Positions 1 to 8,988 of a stretch of DNA of 64,000 nt are shown piece after piece (position 1 is the first letter of the stretch; each line of letters opens with the position of its first letter). The stretch is from Nitrospira sp. (GTDB lineage Bacteria > Nitrospirota > Nitrospiria > Nitrospirales > Nitrospiraceae). Position numbers and translations under genes: made by a program. The stretch is from positions 10,848 to 74,847 of the forward strand of contig JAHBWU010000005.1 in assembly GCA_019636835.1 (NCBI GenBank), given 5' to 3'. The notes beneath the pieces are model-generated. The model made no database searches. It was not told where the DNA came from and saw only the letters and a list, made by a program, of their open reading frames with translations.

Positions 1-250
1 CAACATATGAACTGAGCGCTCCGATCCGGTCAGGGTCCTGCGTATCGACCAGTATCAATCTGGTGATCTGCGAGAGATCGATATCTTTGAGTTTGGCAAT
101 GTCGAGATCGTGCACGGCAAGAAAATTCCGGACGGCCTCCTGGCCTCCGCCCGGCAAGACCAGCTTGGCCTCCGGAAAGAGCTTGCGCGCGGCAACCATC
201 GACGCAAGGCCGTCGAAATCCGCGTTGCTATGCGTGGCTATGACATCCAT
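1..250 (-). CDS. Partial (runs off window): DHH-domain N-terminus of a CBS/poly(A) polymerase-family tRNA nucleotidyltransferase
   Basis: Manual translation from ATG at 250 gives MDVIATHSNADFDGLASMVAARKLFPEAKLV...LILVDTQ, showing DHH motif I (TH.NADFD) and motif II (LVD). Not in the ORF track because it is truncated. Confidence 0.75.
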   Translation of the reverse strand, partial: MDVIATHSNADFDGLASMVAARKLFPEAKLVLPGGGQEAVRNFLAVHDLDIAKLKDIDLSQITRLILVDTQDPDRIGALSSYV

Positions 251-381
251 GGGCGCATTCTAGCAGGGTCATTATTTACACGAAATACCGCACTCTTTCA
301 TGAAAGAACAGTATTCTGCCGAAAAACGAGAGCCACACATCTATTCAAAGGTGCAGTATCCCGCTCTTCACAGATGACGAG

Positions 382-1086
382 CTAGCGGATATCTTGGAAA
401 AATGCGCGAGGGAGAACCGGCAGGCGAAACTCAACATGAAGGATGATCAGCAGAACGCGAAAGAAACTTCTCAGAATACCCATTTTGAGAAATTTCCTAG
501 CATCGGTGATGACGGGCGGGAACAGGAGCAAGGGGTCCGTTTCCTTGATGACTTTCTCACAGAACGCGACATCCTCGAGAATCGGCTGGTGAGGAAACCC
601 GCCGAGTCGCTCAAAGAATGTTCGGCGAACGAACAGGGCTTGATCGCCGTAGATGATTCGGCTTCTGACACAACGGAAATTATCCAAGAAGGAGATACAT
701 CGGAGCCGCCAGTCGTTCCCCGAAAACTGATGCATGAACCCACCGGCTTGGATCTTGGGATCCGCTTCCAGTCGGCTCAACCGCTGCATGGCGCAGGCGG
801 GCAAAAGAGTATCGGCGTGAAGAAACAACAGCCATTCGCCGTTGGCGACCTTTGCTCCCGCATTCATTTGTATGGCACGACCTTTGGGGGAGGAGAGAAG
901 ACGAACAGTGCTGGGGACTGGGGACTGTGGACTGAGCGCAAACTCTGAGACAATCGTGCGCGTGCGGTCGGTGCTGCCGCCATCGACGACGATCACCTCA
1001 TAATCACCTGGTTGCCGAAAGAGCGCTTGCAAGGTTTCCGGCAACGCCTTTTCCTCGTTGTAGGTCGGGATGACCACGGAGACCAT
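382..1086 (-). CDS. Glycosyltransferase family 2 (TIGR04283-like, rSAM/arsenosugar-cluster associated)
   Basis: SVVIPTYNEE, VVDGGSTD, GRAIQMNAGA, LFLHADT, YGDQALFV and PILED motifs, plus cluster context. Confidence 0.85.
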   Translation of the reverse strand: MVSVVIPTYNEEKALPETLQALFRQPGDYEVIVVDGGSTDRTRTIVSEFALSPQSPVPSTVRLLSSPKGRAIQMNAGAKVANGEWLLFLHADTLLPACAMQRLSRLEADPKIQAGGFMHQFSGNDWRLRCISFLDNFRCVRSRIIYGDQALFVRRTFFERLGGFPHQPILEDVAFCEKVIKETDPLLLFPPVITDARKFLKMGILRSFFRVLLIILHVEFRLPVLPRAFFQDIR

Positions 1087-1097
1087 GTTCCCTGCCT

Positions 1098-1756
1098 TTA
1101 TGATCTACCCACGGCAATCGGCTCTTCCCGCAACCACTCCGGCAGGAAGTTCCGTACGTCTTGAGCCCATGCTGCCGGGTCTTCCGCAATGGCCTCAAAC
1201 AAATCACTCAATGCGAGTACCATCTGATCGGTCAAGGCGAGGTAACTCCTGGCTTGCCAACGCAGCGCCTTTGCATCGACTCGCCCCTCGGCCATTGCCT
1301 GTTCGAGCGCGCGGCGCCCGAAACCATGGTGCGCTTCTTCCTGCTGAGCAAGATGCGGCGAAGTGATCCGAATGGTGCGGCCCGTTTCACCAACCCCTGT
1401 TCTATATGTGTGAGGATGGCCTCGCCCAAACCTTCGAGAACCACTTGTTCGGCAAGAAATGTCTCCATGAGATCGCGACGAGCCAGCGCATCTTCAAGAA
1501 TCCTGCGATATTCTTCCAAGGCAGGAAGAAACGGCGCATCACGGAGGTGCTTCGGTGCAAGCCAGGCAATGGCCCCCTGGAAGACCCGCGCATGCATCGC
1601 TTCTTGTTTGACCTGGCTCAGAAGAAATCGACACGTTCCGGAATCCACAGTCAAAGCGGCTTGGGCCTTTGCGCAATCGTGGGCCATCCGCTCACCATGT
1701 TCCAAAAACGTCAGGAGCCTGGCGATGGGCACCCTCTCATCACGACTGACCAGCAT
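1098..1756 (-). pseudogene. Ferritin-like diiron-carboxylate protein split by a 1-bp frameshift near 1345
   Basis: ORF 1232..1756 carries LEHGE, QEAMH and LEGLGE. Adding one C at CTC^AGC restores L-Q-Q-E-E-A-H-H-G-F-G-R-R-A-L-E-Q-A, which runs in frame into ORF 1098..1295. Could be a real mutation or an assembly error. Confidence 0.75.
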
Positions 1757-2534
1757 GGGAAGGCTCCTTTGGCGAAATCCCGTTCAAGCTCCAGTCGTAG
1801 TCGAGATACTCGATGCGATACTCCGATCGCATCAGGTCTTGAACCAATTCCGGGTCGTTCACATAGTGGGTGATGTAGGTTAAGACAGACCCCGCAACCC
1901 TCGTGAAATCGTCGTCAAACCACTTGAAGATCATCGAGAGGGACGCAACTTTCTGCGTGCGGTTGAAACGATTGCGCGTGGGATCGTTAATGAAGTCCCT
2001 GGCGACACGATCGAGCTGGCGTTCGAGCTGATCCGGTTCGTATACCCAGGTCTGGAGCTTTGGGCAGGACATGGACGCGCACACGATGGCAAAATGTATC
2101 CGTGGTTCGTGAAACTGCTTGATCAGCACCTGCCGTTCCAGATCGTAGAGATTGATGCTTGCTCCCCCAACCCGATAGTCCCGCCCGATGAAGTAGCGAT
2201 AGCGTCCCACATAGCTCACCGGCGAGTAGTGATCGAGGATGCCCTTGATGGCGAAGGCGTTGTACGCATTGATCCAGAAGGCCAGCCGTTCATTGCGCAT
2301 GACAAACGCATTGGGGTCAACTCGCTCCAGTTGGGCAAGGTAAGCCGGCAATCGGTCATCCACCTGAATGCCTGGATAATCGACGACTCCATTACTTACA
2401 TGGGCCTCCAATACTCGACTCAACAGTCTGTGCGAAAATTCATCGGCTGGAATAGGTTCGGCTGGTGTGAACGTTGTCGGCACGATTGAACAACCAGCGG
2501 CTACAATGATCAAGCTCAGTATGACCCACCGCAT
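1740..2534 (-). CDS. DUF547 domain lipoprotein
   Basis: VDY, LAFWINAYNA, EPRIHFAIVCASMSCP, SMIFKWF and YDWSLN motifs; lipobox AAGC. Start moved to ATG 2534, which follows a GAGAGG RBS. Confidence 0.88.
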   Translation of the reverse strand: MRWVILSLIIVAAGCSIVPTTFTPAEPIPADEFSHRLLSRVLEAHVSNGVVDYPGIQVDDRLPAYLAQLERVDPNAFVMRNERLAFWINAYNAFAIKGILDHYSPVSYVGRYRYFIGRDYRVGGASINLYDLERQVLIKQFHEPRIHFAIVCASMSCPKLQTWVYEPDQLERQLDRVARDFINDPTRNRFNRTQKVASLSMIFKWFDDDFTRVAGSVLTYITHYVNDPELVQDLMRSEYRIEYLDYDWSLNGISPKEPSHAGQS

Positions 2535-2551
2535 CGAAACCCTCTCTTGAC

Positions 2552-3610
2552 TTACCACGTAACCGGTGTTTTCCACGCCGCGATCGGGTGTCGCAGGACT
2601 GACCCGATGACCCGTCCATCTACCCTGTTGCAGGACGATCGATCTGAACAATGCTGAATCTCTTGTCGATCGAGCCTGGAGAGTATTTCACTGAGTGAAG
2701 ACTCAAGAAGATTTCCAACCGTAGGAAGCGACAGGCACGGCGCAACATTTCCGGACGCATCGATGGCAATGCTGTAGCTCCCCGCATCGCACGGCTTTAA
2801 CGCTTCTCCACGAAGCCATGCGATATTGTCCTTCGTGTATTGCCGAAGATAGCCAGGAGGCAGGACATCTTGTTCAAGCAATCGCTCGAAAACCAGGCGT
2901 GCCTCCTGACGGTCATACATCAAGGCCGCATCCTGCTTTCCATAAAGCCCAACGTCCCAATGGTAGGCACCGACGACCGGCAAAAAACCCCGTTGCCTGG
3001 CGAATGCAACAACATCTTCCACCTCATCCCGATTGATCTCGCTCACAATACAGGTGAGGAATTTCGGACGGCGATAGTGCTGGAGAAGATCAAGGCCGGC
3101 AAGGACCGCGTTAAGTTGGTCGGCACCCCGGATACGTTCGTACTTGTCGCGATCCAAGGTGTCGAGGCTAATCGAGAGGGATACCGAGAGATCCTCGAAT
3201 TGCTGCACAAGATGTGGGGTCAGCTTGGTTCCATTCGTAATCAATGTCAGGTGAAATCCTATCTCAACTAAATTTTGAAGAATATCAACTAAATCACGGC
3301 GTAGAAGCGGCTCTCCTCCTTGCACAAACACAAAGCGTAGTCCGTACTCATTGAGACCGGCGAAGACCTTCCGGATCTCCTGCCGTGACATCTCATACCG
3401 ACCGACATTCAATGGAAGATTGCAGTAGCCGCAGGAAGAATTACAACGAAGATTCGCTTGAAACACGGCCAACAGCGGGCGCCTCAGAATCAGGTTCCTC
3501 AACCCGCCCCACAGAGCTCGCTGGAGACTCGGCCGTTCACCTCTCCCAGGAAAATGTCCGTTGTCCTCTCCGAGAATGCGATGTTGTGATCGTTCAATCT
3601 GTATCAGCAT
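2552..3610 (-). CDS. Radical SAM protein with SPASM/twitch-type C-terminal cysteines
   Basis: CNSSCGYC (CX3CX2C), GGEP, TNG and ISLD motifs; C-terminal CDAG...GNVAPC...C..C. Confidence 0.9.
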   Translation of the reverse strand: MLIQIERSQHRILGEDNGHFPGRGERPSLQRALWGGLRNLILRRPLLAVFQANLRCNSSCGYCNLPLNVGRYEMSRQEIRKVFAGLNEYGLRFVFVQGGEPLLRRDLVDILQNLVEIGFHLTLITNGTKLTPHLVQQFEDLSVSLSISLDTLDRDKYERIRGADQLNAVLAGLDLLQHYRRPKFLTCIVSEINRDEVEDVVAFARQRGFLPVVGAYHWDVGLYGKQDAALMYDRQEARLVFERLLEQDVLPPGYLRQYTKDNIAWLRGEALKPCDAGSYSIAIDASGNVAPCLSLPTVGNLLESSLSEILSRLDRQEIQHCSDRSSCNRVDGRVIGSVLRHPIAAWKTPVTW

Positions 3611-3750
3611 GAATATTGTCTGCCTAGCAGTTGCTGTGCAGTTCTGCTCAGTGACCTGCCGTTTTTTCCCCTGGATCCCTCAAATCTGAGCATGTCTTTC
3701 AGCCTTATTTCATAACCTATTGAGACTCATAGGATCATTCTGAATTATGA

Positions 3751-3767
3751 CCGGCATATCCTTTGCT
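3751..3767 (+). promoter_or_regulatory. Putative sigma54 (-24/-12) promoter with an upstream IHF-like site
   Basis: CCGGCATATCCTTTGCT has GG-N10-GC spacing. An IHF-like TCTCAATAGGTTA lies on the minus strand at about 3713-3725. The site is 45 nt before the ATG at 3813. Confidence 0.6.
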
Positions 3768-3812
3768 GAACAGTCAACAGTTCACCATCCACGGCTTTCT
3801 ACCAGGAGGTAC

Positions 3813-4217
3813 ATGATGAACCATAATCACACGAGCATCTTTCCGGTTGTCCTTGGGGGCGTAGCGGTTCTCTCTATGGTTACGCTTTTCGCGGAAACCG
3901 CAAGCTCAAAAGACGGGAAAAAGTCGCGTGTCCATTCGTCCGCAGAAGCCGCAACAGAGCTGGTGGCTTCAACAGGGAACACTGTCCCTCGTTCCACTGT
4001 TGATTCGTCGGACCGTAAGCCGGGCCCGGCATGGAAGACGATCAGTGGAACGATCACCCACATCAAGGGTGATGTCTACACGGTCGAAGACTACGAAGGA
4101 AATCGGGTTCAGCTCTACACAAACCGAGAAACTAAACAACTGCGCGGCAGCAAGAAAATTGGAGACCGCGTGCGCGCTGAAATCACCCACAGCGGTTTTG
4201 CCAACTCCATTCAATGA
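3813..4217 (+). CDS. Secreted hypothetical protein with a small beta-barrel (OB/DUF5666-like) C-terminal domain
   Basis: AGGAGG RBS before ATG 3813; signal-like hydrophobic segment; TISGTITHIKGD...KIGDRVRAEI pattern. Confidence 0.7.
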   Translation: MMNHNHTSIFPVVLGGVAVLSMVTLFAETASSKDGKKSRVHSSAEAATELVASTGNTVPRSTVDSSDRKPGPAWKTISGTITHIKGDVYTVEDYEGNRVQLYTNRETKQLRGSKKIGDRVRAEITHSGFANSIQ

Positions 4218-4250
4218 TCGCTCCGTGTGAAGCCCCGTCTCATCCAAATC

Positions 4251-4283
4251 AAGCCCGCCTCCATGGAGGCGGGCTTCTTTGTT
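4251..4283 (+). terminator. Rho-independent terminator
   Basis: AAGCCCGCCTC-CATG-GAGGCGGGCTT hairpin followed by CTTTGTT, downstream of 3813..4217. Confidence 0.75.
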
Positions 4284-4402
4284 CAGGACATTTGTCGGGC
4301 ACTGGTTCAATTTCTTACAGTGGACTGTCGGACTGACAGGCCATAGGAATCGTGAGCATAGATAGGTAGGCGCTGGACTGGAAGGATCAGAAAAGGGATG
4401 GC

Positions 4403-5167
4403 TTATTCGGCTACCTTTTTAAAAATGATGTCCCCATAGTAGGCGATGGCCTGCTCTTTGGTGTTGTCTGTATCGCTCATGATCGCCACGCCGTTGATCA
4501 TCGGCGGTTCTTCCCCGAATGCCTTTTTGTAATCCTGATAGATGTTTCGCTCTTCGTCGATCCACAGGCCGAGTTTTTGCGGTCCGCTTTCGACCACCAA
4601 CATTTTGACGAAATCTGTATAGGCATTGTCGATGACCGCGCCGACCGGCGCCTTCCCCTCCCAGACATAATTGATGGCGCCGATGGGAATGTCCCCGAAC
4701 AGCACCCGGCCTGCCTTATACTTGAGTTGTTTTCCCACACTCACCTTGTCTGGCTCGTATTCGAACGTGATGTAGAGGCGGGCCGGATAGTCGTCGCCGT
4801 CTTTTCGCGTGGCATCGCTGGTCGTGAGGAGGTTTTCAACTTTCCATCGCCACCGCACGACAGGGTATTCTTTAGGATCGATCTTGACCTCTTTGGTCAG
4901 TCCGGACGCCGATGCCTCACTACTGGCTTTGATGACGTGTCGATCACCATCTTTGACGACCTCGTAGATGGTGTGCTTGGGAATCTTCTTGAACGTGAGG
5001 GGTTTCCATCCATCCGGCAGCGCCGTTCCCAAAGAAGCGATTGAAAACGTGCCGACCTCCAATGTCGCAGTGTTTTGAGCCAGCGCGAAACCACAGACAG
5101 GAGCGATCAGCATCACTGCCGAGACAAAGACGATGGGCGCCGGCTCGATCATTCCCTGTCGTGCCAT
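4403..5167 (-). CDS. DUF3047 domain periplasmic protein
   Basis: WRWKV, DDYPARLYITF, INYVW, EERNIYQDYKKAFGEEPP and IMSDTDNT motifs; TAATG coupling to the upstream reductase. Confidence 0.88.
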   Translation of the reverse strand: MARQGMIEPAPIVFVSAVMLIAPVCGFALAQNTATLEVGTFSIASLGTALPDGWKPLTFKKIPKHTIYEVVKDGDRHVIKASSEASASGLTKEVKIDPKEYPVVRWRWKVENLLTTSDATRKDGDDYPARLYITFEYEPDKVSVGKQLKYKAGRVLFGDIPIGAINYVWEGKAPVGAVIDNAYTDFVKMLVVESGPQKLGLWIDEERNIYQDYKKAFGEEPPMINGVAIMSDTDNTKEQAIAYYGDIIFKKVAE

Positions 5168-6720
5168 TATCGTCTCATCCACTCGAACAGTTTGCTCAAG
5201 AGATTCTTGGTTCCCTGTGAGAAATGCGCTTTGCGCCAGAGATTGACCACTTTTTTGCTCACCTCGGCCTGGGTAGGATAGGGATGAATCGTTCCCGCAA
5301 TCGTTTTGGCCCCTGCTCCTGCTTTCATCGCGACTGAAAATTCACCGATCATGTCCCCGGCATGGGCAGCCACGATCGTCGCGCCGAGGATTTTGCTCGT
5401 CCCCTTTTTAATGTGAACCCGCGCGAACCCCTCCTCCTCCCCATCCAGGATCGCCCGATCAACTTCATTCAATTTATATGTATAGGTTTCAACCTCGATT
5501 CCCTTTTCCTTTGCGTCTTTTTCGTACATGCCGACATGGGCAATCTCTGGTTCGGTAAATGTACACCAGGGCATGTTCAACGATTCGACGCCGGCGTACC
5601 CCAATCCCAAGGGGTGAGGGAACAGCGCGTTTTGGATGACGATTTGAGCCATGGCATCAGCAGCGTGTGTAAACTTATAGCGTGAACAGACATCCCCGGC
5701 CGCGAAAATCTTGGGGTTGGTCGACTGCAATTGGGCATTCACTTTGATCCCGTTCCTATCGTACGAGACTCCCGCCGTCTCCAAACCGATCCTTTCGACG
5801 TTCGGAATCCGACCGACACCGACAAAAATCTCATCGACGATGACATCGTACTGTTGGCCATGCGAATCAACCGTCAGGCGTTTACCGCCGTCGATCTTTT
5901 CGACTTTTAGATATTTTGCACAGCAGCGCAGTTTCACCCCATCGCGAAGCATCTGTTGTTCAACGATCGCTGCTGCGTCTCGATCCTCATTCGGCAGGAT
6001 GCCGTGCATCGCTTCGATCAGATAGACTTGACTCCCAAAGCGGGCAAAGGACTGTGCCAGCTCGCATCCGATAGGCCCGGCCCCGATGACTCCCAGACGC
6101 TGCGGCAGCTCAGTCAGAGAAAAAATGGTTTCGTTCGTCAGATAACCGGCTTCCTGAAGGCCTGGCGTCTCGGGTACCGCCGGTCTCGCCCCCGTACAAA
6201 CAGCGGCTTTCGCGAAGGTAAGAATCCGATTACCGGCCGGACCTTCCACTTGGGCCGTATCAAAACCGAGAAAACGTCCGCTGCCGATATACACGTCTAC
6301 ACCGAGTTTCGCATATCGCTGAGCGGAGTCGTTCCGGCTGATACGGGCCCGAAGTTTCCTCATGCGCGCCATCACCGCGCCGAAGTCATATTTCACGCCG
6401 GTGGGAATATGAAGCCCGAACTCTGTGGCCTTCCGTAAGTCGGCCCAGGCTCTGGCTGCTCGAATCACCCCTTTCGACGGCACACACCCGACATTGAGGC
6501 AGTCTCCTCCCATCAGATGCTTCTCGATCAATGCCACCTTCGCCCCAAGGCTCGCCGCGATGACGGCCGTGATCAACCCGGCGGTCCCCGCTCCGATCAC
6601 GACGATGTTGTAGCGGCCGGTCGGCTCTGGATTGATCCAATCGGCGGGATGCACATTGGCGACGAGCTCTTGATTATAGTCGTCGTTCGGAAGGATCAGA
6701 GATTGCTCGTGCTCACTCAT
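5167..6720 (-). CDS. Pyridine nucleotide-disulfide oxidoreductase (mercuric reductase/dihydrolipoamide dehydrogenase-like)
   Basis: GAGTAG, GGDCLNVGCVPSK redox disulfide, GAGPIG and IHPYPT motifs. No N-terminal HMA domain and no C-terminal Cys-Cys. Confidence 0.9.
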   Translation of the reverse strand: MSEHEQSLILPNDDYNQELVANVHPADWINPEPTGRYNIVVIGAGTAGLITAVIAASLGAKVALIEKHLMGGDCLNVGCVPSKGVIRAARAWADLRKATEFGLHIPTGVKYDFGAVMARMRKLRARISRNDSAQRYAKLGVDVYIGSGRFLGFDTAQVEGPAGNRILTFAKAAVCTGARPAVPETPGLQEAGYLTNETIFSLTELPQRLGVIGAGPIGCELAQSFARFGSQVYLIEAMHGILPNEDRDAAAIVEQQMLRDGVKLRCCAKYLKVEKIDGGKRLTVDSHGQQYDVIVDEIFVGVGRIPNVERIGLETAGVSYDRNGIKVNAQLQSTNPKIFAAGDVCSRYKFTHAADAMAQIVIQNALFPHPLGLGYAGVESLNMPWCTFTEPEIAHVGMYEKDAKEKGIEVETYTYKLNEVDRAILDGEEEGFARVHIKKGTSKILGATIVAAHAGDMIGEFSVAMKAGAGAKTIAGTIHPYPTQAEVSKKVVNLWRKAHFSQGTKNLLSKLFEWMRR

Positions 6721-6798
6721 TCCGCTGGCCTTTGAGAGGAGGTGCGTGATCATAGCCTGGCACCATTCGCTGCATATCGTCAAAGGATGAAGTGTTCA

Positions 6799-7536
6799 TC
6801 ACGCTGGTTTCGTTGCAAACCGCTTATACACAACCGGCACCAGCGCCAGCAGTCCCAGGAGCACGAAGGCGCCGACGACGTTCGGGGATGCGATCTCTTT
6901 CAGCGAGTTGATCGAACCCAGTTGGTGTCCCGCATAGGCATAGACGAATGAACCGGGAATGATTCCAACCGCCGTGGCCGAAACATAGGTCCCGAGGTTC
7001 ACGCGCGTGAGCCCGGACACAAGATTCACCACGAAGAAGGGAAAGAGCGGGATGAGTCGCAAGGTCAGCAAGTAGCTGAATGCATTCTTGGCAAACCCTT
7101 CTTGGAATGGTCCCAACCACTTCCCGAACTTCTGCTCGACCGTATCCCTTAACACATATCGAGCGGTTAAAAAGGCGAGAGTTGCTCCGGTGGTCGCTCC
7201 GATATTCACAAGCAGCGTTGCCAATGGGGCGCCGAACAAAAAACCTCCCGCCAACGTGAGGATGGTGGCTCCCGGCAGCGATAATCCTGTGACAATCACA
7301 TAGAACGCGACAAAGATTCCAACGGCTCCTGGAAAGTTGGCATCGGTGAATACCAACAAGCTGTCCCGATTTTCTTTCAGCGCGGTTAACGATAGGAACC
7401 GACCGAGATCGAAATAGAAAAACGCGCCGATGGCCAAGGCGACACCGACGGCGATGGAGATCTTGCCTAGATTCGAACGGCTGGACTCATTCTGATTCGA
7501 GACTGAGGTTATCATAGCGGCGTCGTGGCGTATCAT
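6799..7536 (-). CDS. TVP38/TMEM64 (DedA/VTT superfamily) membrane protein
   Basis: LSLPGATILTLAGGFLFG, GATLAF and LRLIPLFPFFVVN motifs; GAGGGAG RBS. Confidence 0.9.
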   Translation of the reverse strand: MIRHDAAMITSVSNQNESSRSNLGKISIAVGVALAIGAFFYFDLGRFLSLTALKENRDSLLVFTDANFPGAVGIFVAFYVIVTGLSLPGATILTLAGGFLFGAPLATLLVNIGATTGATLAFLTARYVLRDTVEQKFGKWLGPFQEGFAKNAFSYLLTLRLIPLFPFFVVNLVSGLTRVNLGTYVSATAVGIIPGSFVYAYAGHQLGSINSLKEIASPNVVGAFVLLGLLALVPVVYKRFATKPA

Positions 7537-7770
7537 GGTGGCTCCCTCTGTATTCTGTCAATGAGATAAGCTGTTGTCCATCTGTCCGACTAGGCCGGGA
7601 AGCCTTACATGGCATAGCGGCAAGCAAAGAGTGCTTAAAGTGCCCATCGAGACTGCTGCTCAACCAAATGCTCGATTGCCTGAATTCTGGTGCAAGACCA
7701 ACCGCCGGTGAGTGGGTTGCCAGATCGGCTTCAATTCCCGTAGTCTGTGTAGAGGGAGGGGGGAGGCGGA

Positions 7771-8415
7771 ATGGATGAATCGAGCAGGCTGACAAGGACC
7801 AAAGAACAATGGGCCAAGGCTCGGCGAGGCGGAGAAGAACGAGAAGTCTTTTATGAAGGCGATGATCGTTTACCTCCCGGCCAACATCTCGTCGATAACT
7901 TTCCCGTACTGGACCTAGGCGTCAAGCCGGAGATTCCACTAAGCGAATGGAGGCTCAGCATCGGCGGATTTGTCGCAGCGCCGCTTGTCTTGACGTGGGA
8001 ACAATTCTTGGCGCAACCCCAATTCAAAGACCGGTCAGACTTCCATTGTGTCACCTCATGGAGCCGTTATGATAACGACTGGGAAGGCGTGAGCTTCAAA
8101 CACGTCATGTCCATCGTGAAACCGCTGTCGCTTGCCCGGTTTGTCCTATTCAAGTCCTACGACGACTACACGACAAACCTCCCGCTTGAGGCCTGTGATG
8201 ATGACGATGTTCTTCTGGCGCACAAGTGGAACGGCAAGCCGCTCTCACGAGACCATGGTGGGCCGGCACGTGTGATCGTCCCGAAACGTTATGGCTGGAA
8301 GGGGGCGAAGTGGGTGAAGGACATTACGTTTTCGGATAAAGATGTGAAGGGCTTTTGGGAAGTCCGCGGGTATTCCAACACGGCGTTCCCGTGGAAGAAC
8401 GATCGCTACGGGTAG
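7771..8415 (+). CDS. Cytoplasmic sulfite oxidase-family molybdopterin oxidoreductase
   Basis: RLPPGQ, DFHCVTSWS (Mo-ligand Cys), HGGPAR, YGWKGAKWV and GFWEVRGY motifs; no signal peptide. Confidence 0.9.
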   Translation: MDESSRLTRTKEQWAKARRGGEEREVFYEGDDRLPPGQHLVDNFPVLDLGVKPEIPLSEWRLSIGGFVAAPLVLTWEQFLAQPQFKDRSDFHCVTSWSRYDNDWEGVSFKHVMSIVKPLSLARFVLFKSYDDYTTNLPLEACDDDDVLLAHKWNGKPLSRDHGGPARVIVPKRYGWKGAKWVKDITFSDKDVKGFWEVRGYSNTAFPWKNDRYG

Positions 8416-8418
8416 CGG

Positions 8419-8766
8419 TTATTTCTTCATCCACCCACCAGGACCCTCAATAAAGTTTCCCGGCTTGGTGTTCTGAATGGCTTTTTCTCCGGCGAGCGTT
8501 TCCACCCCCAGGACGCCGGTGCGGTTCCGTTTCGCGATATCTTCATAGGCCTGCCGCCTCTTCTGATTGACGTCCTCTATCAACGCTTGGGCTTCGGCAT
8601 TGGAAGAGTTCACCGCACCCAGATAGCCGTTGGTCTTTTCCCCGACCAATCCTTTTGCTTTCGCTTCATCCAACGACAGCGCGAAAGCAAAAGGTGTGAT
8701 CGCTGTCCATAGGATCGCCGCATACGCCGCGATTGTGAGCCGTACAATGACCATCATTCCCTCCAT
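8419..8766 (-). CDS. ydbL: YdbL family protein (DUF1318)
   Basis: LDEAKAKGLVGEKTNGYLG and VNQKRRQAY motifs; third gene of ydbH-ynbE-ydbL. Confidence 0.88.
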   Translation of the reverse strand: MEGMMVIVRLTIAAYAAILWTAITPFAFALSLDEAKAKGLVGEKTNGYLGAVNSSNAEAQALIEDVNQKRRQAYEDIAKRNRTGVLGVETLAGEKAIQNTKPGNFIEGPGGWMKK

Positions 8767-8988
8767 CTAAAACAATCCGCTGTCATTTGACAGGACCTGC
8801 TCCAAATCTTTGTCGACTTTCATCCGAATTTCATGATCGATCTTCACGTTGAGATTAATCGTAATCGGCTTCTCCGACGCAGCCACCTCCACTCGTGGAG
8901 TACAGGCACCCAAGGTCAGGAGCAGAGTTGCCCACACCGACACGCCGACGCCTATCCATATGGTTCCGCTCTGCATGGTCCGCCTCAT
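8767..8988 (-). CDS. ynbE: YnbE family lipoprotein
   Basis: Lipobox LGAC followed by KPITINLNVKIDHEI...LF. Confidence 0.9.
   Translation of the reverse strand: MRRTMQSGTIWIGVGVSVWATLLLTLGACTPRVEVAASEKPITINLNVKIDHEIRMKVDKDLEQVLSNDSGLF

Noticed and set aside
1098-1756. Selenocysteine/UGA read-through as the explanation for the split ferritin-like gene
   Set aside because: The two halves are in different frames. A 1-bp indel joins them, not an in-frame TGA.
5167-6720. Calling the flavoprotein a true mercuric reductase (merA)
   Set aside because: It lacks the C-terminal Cys-Cys and the HMA domain, and there is no merR/T/P nearby.
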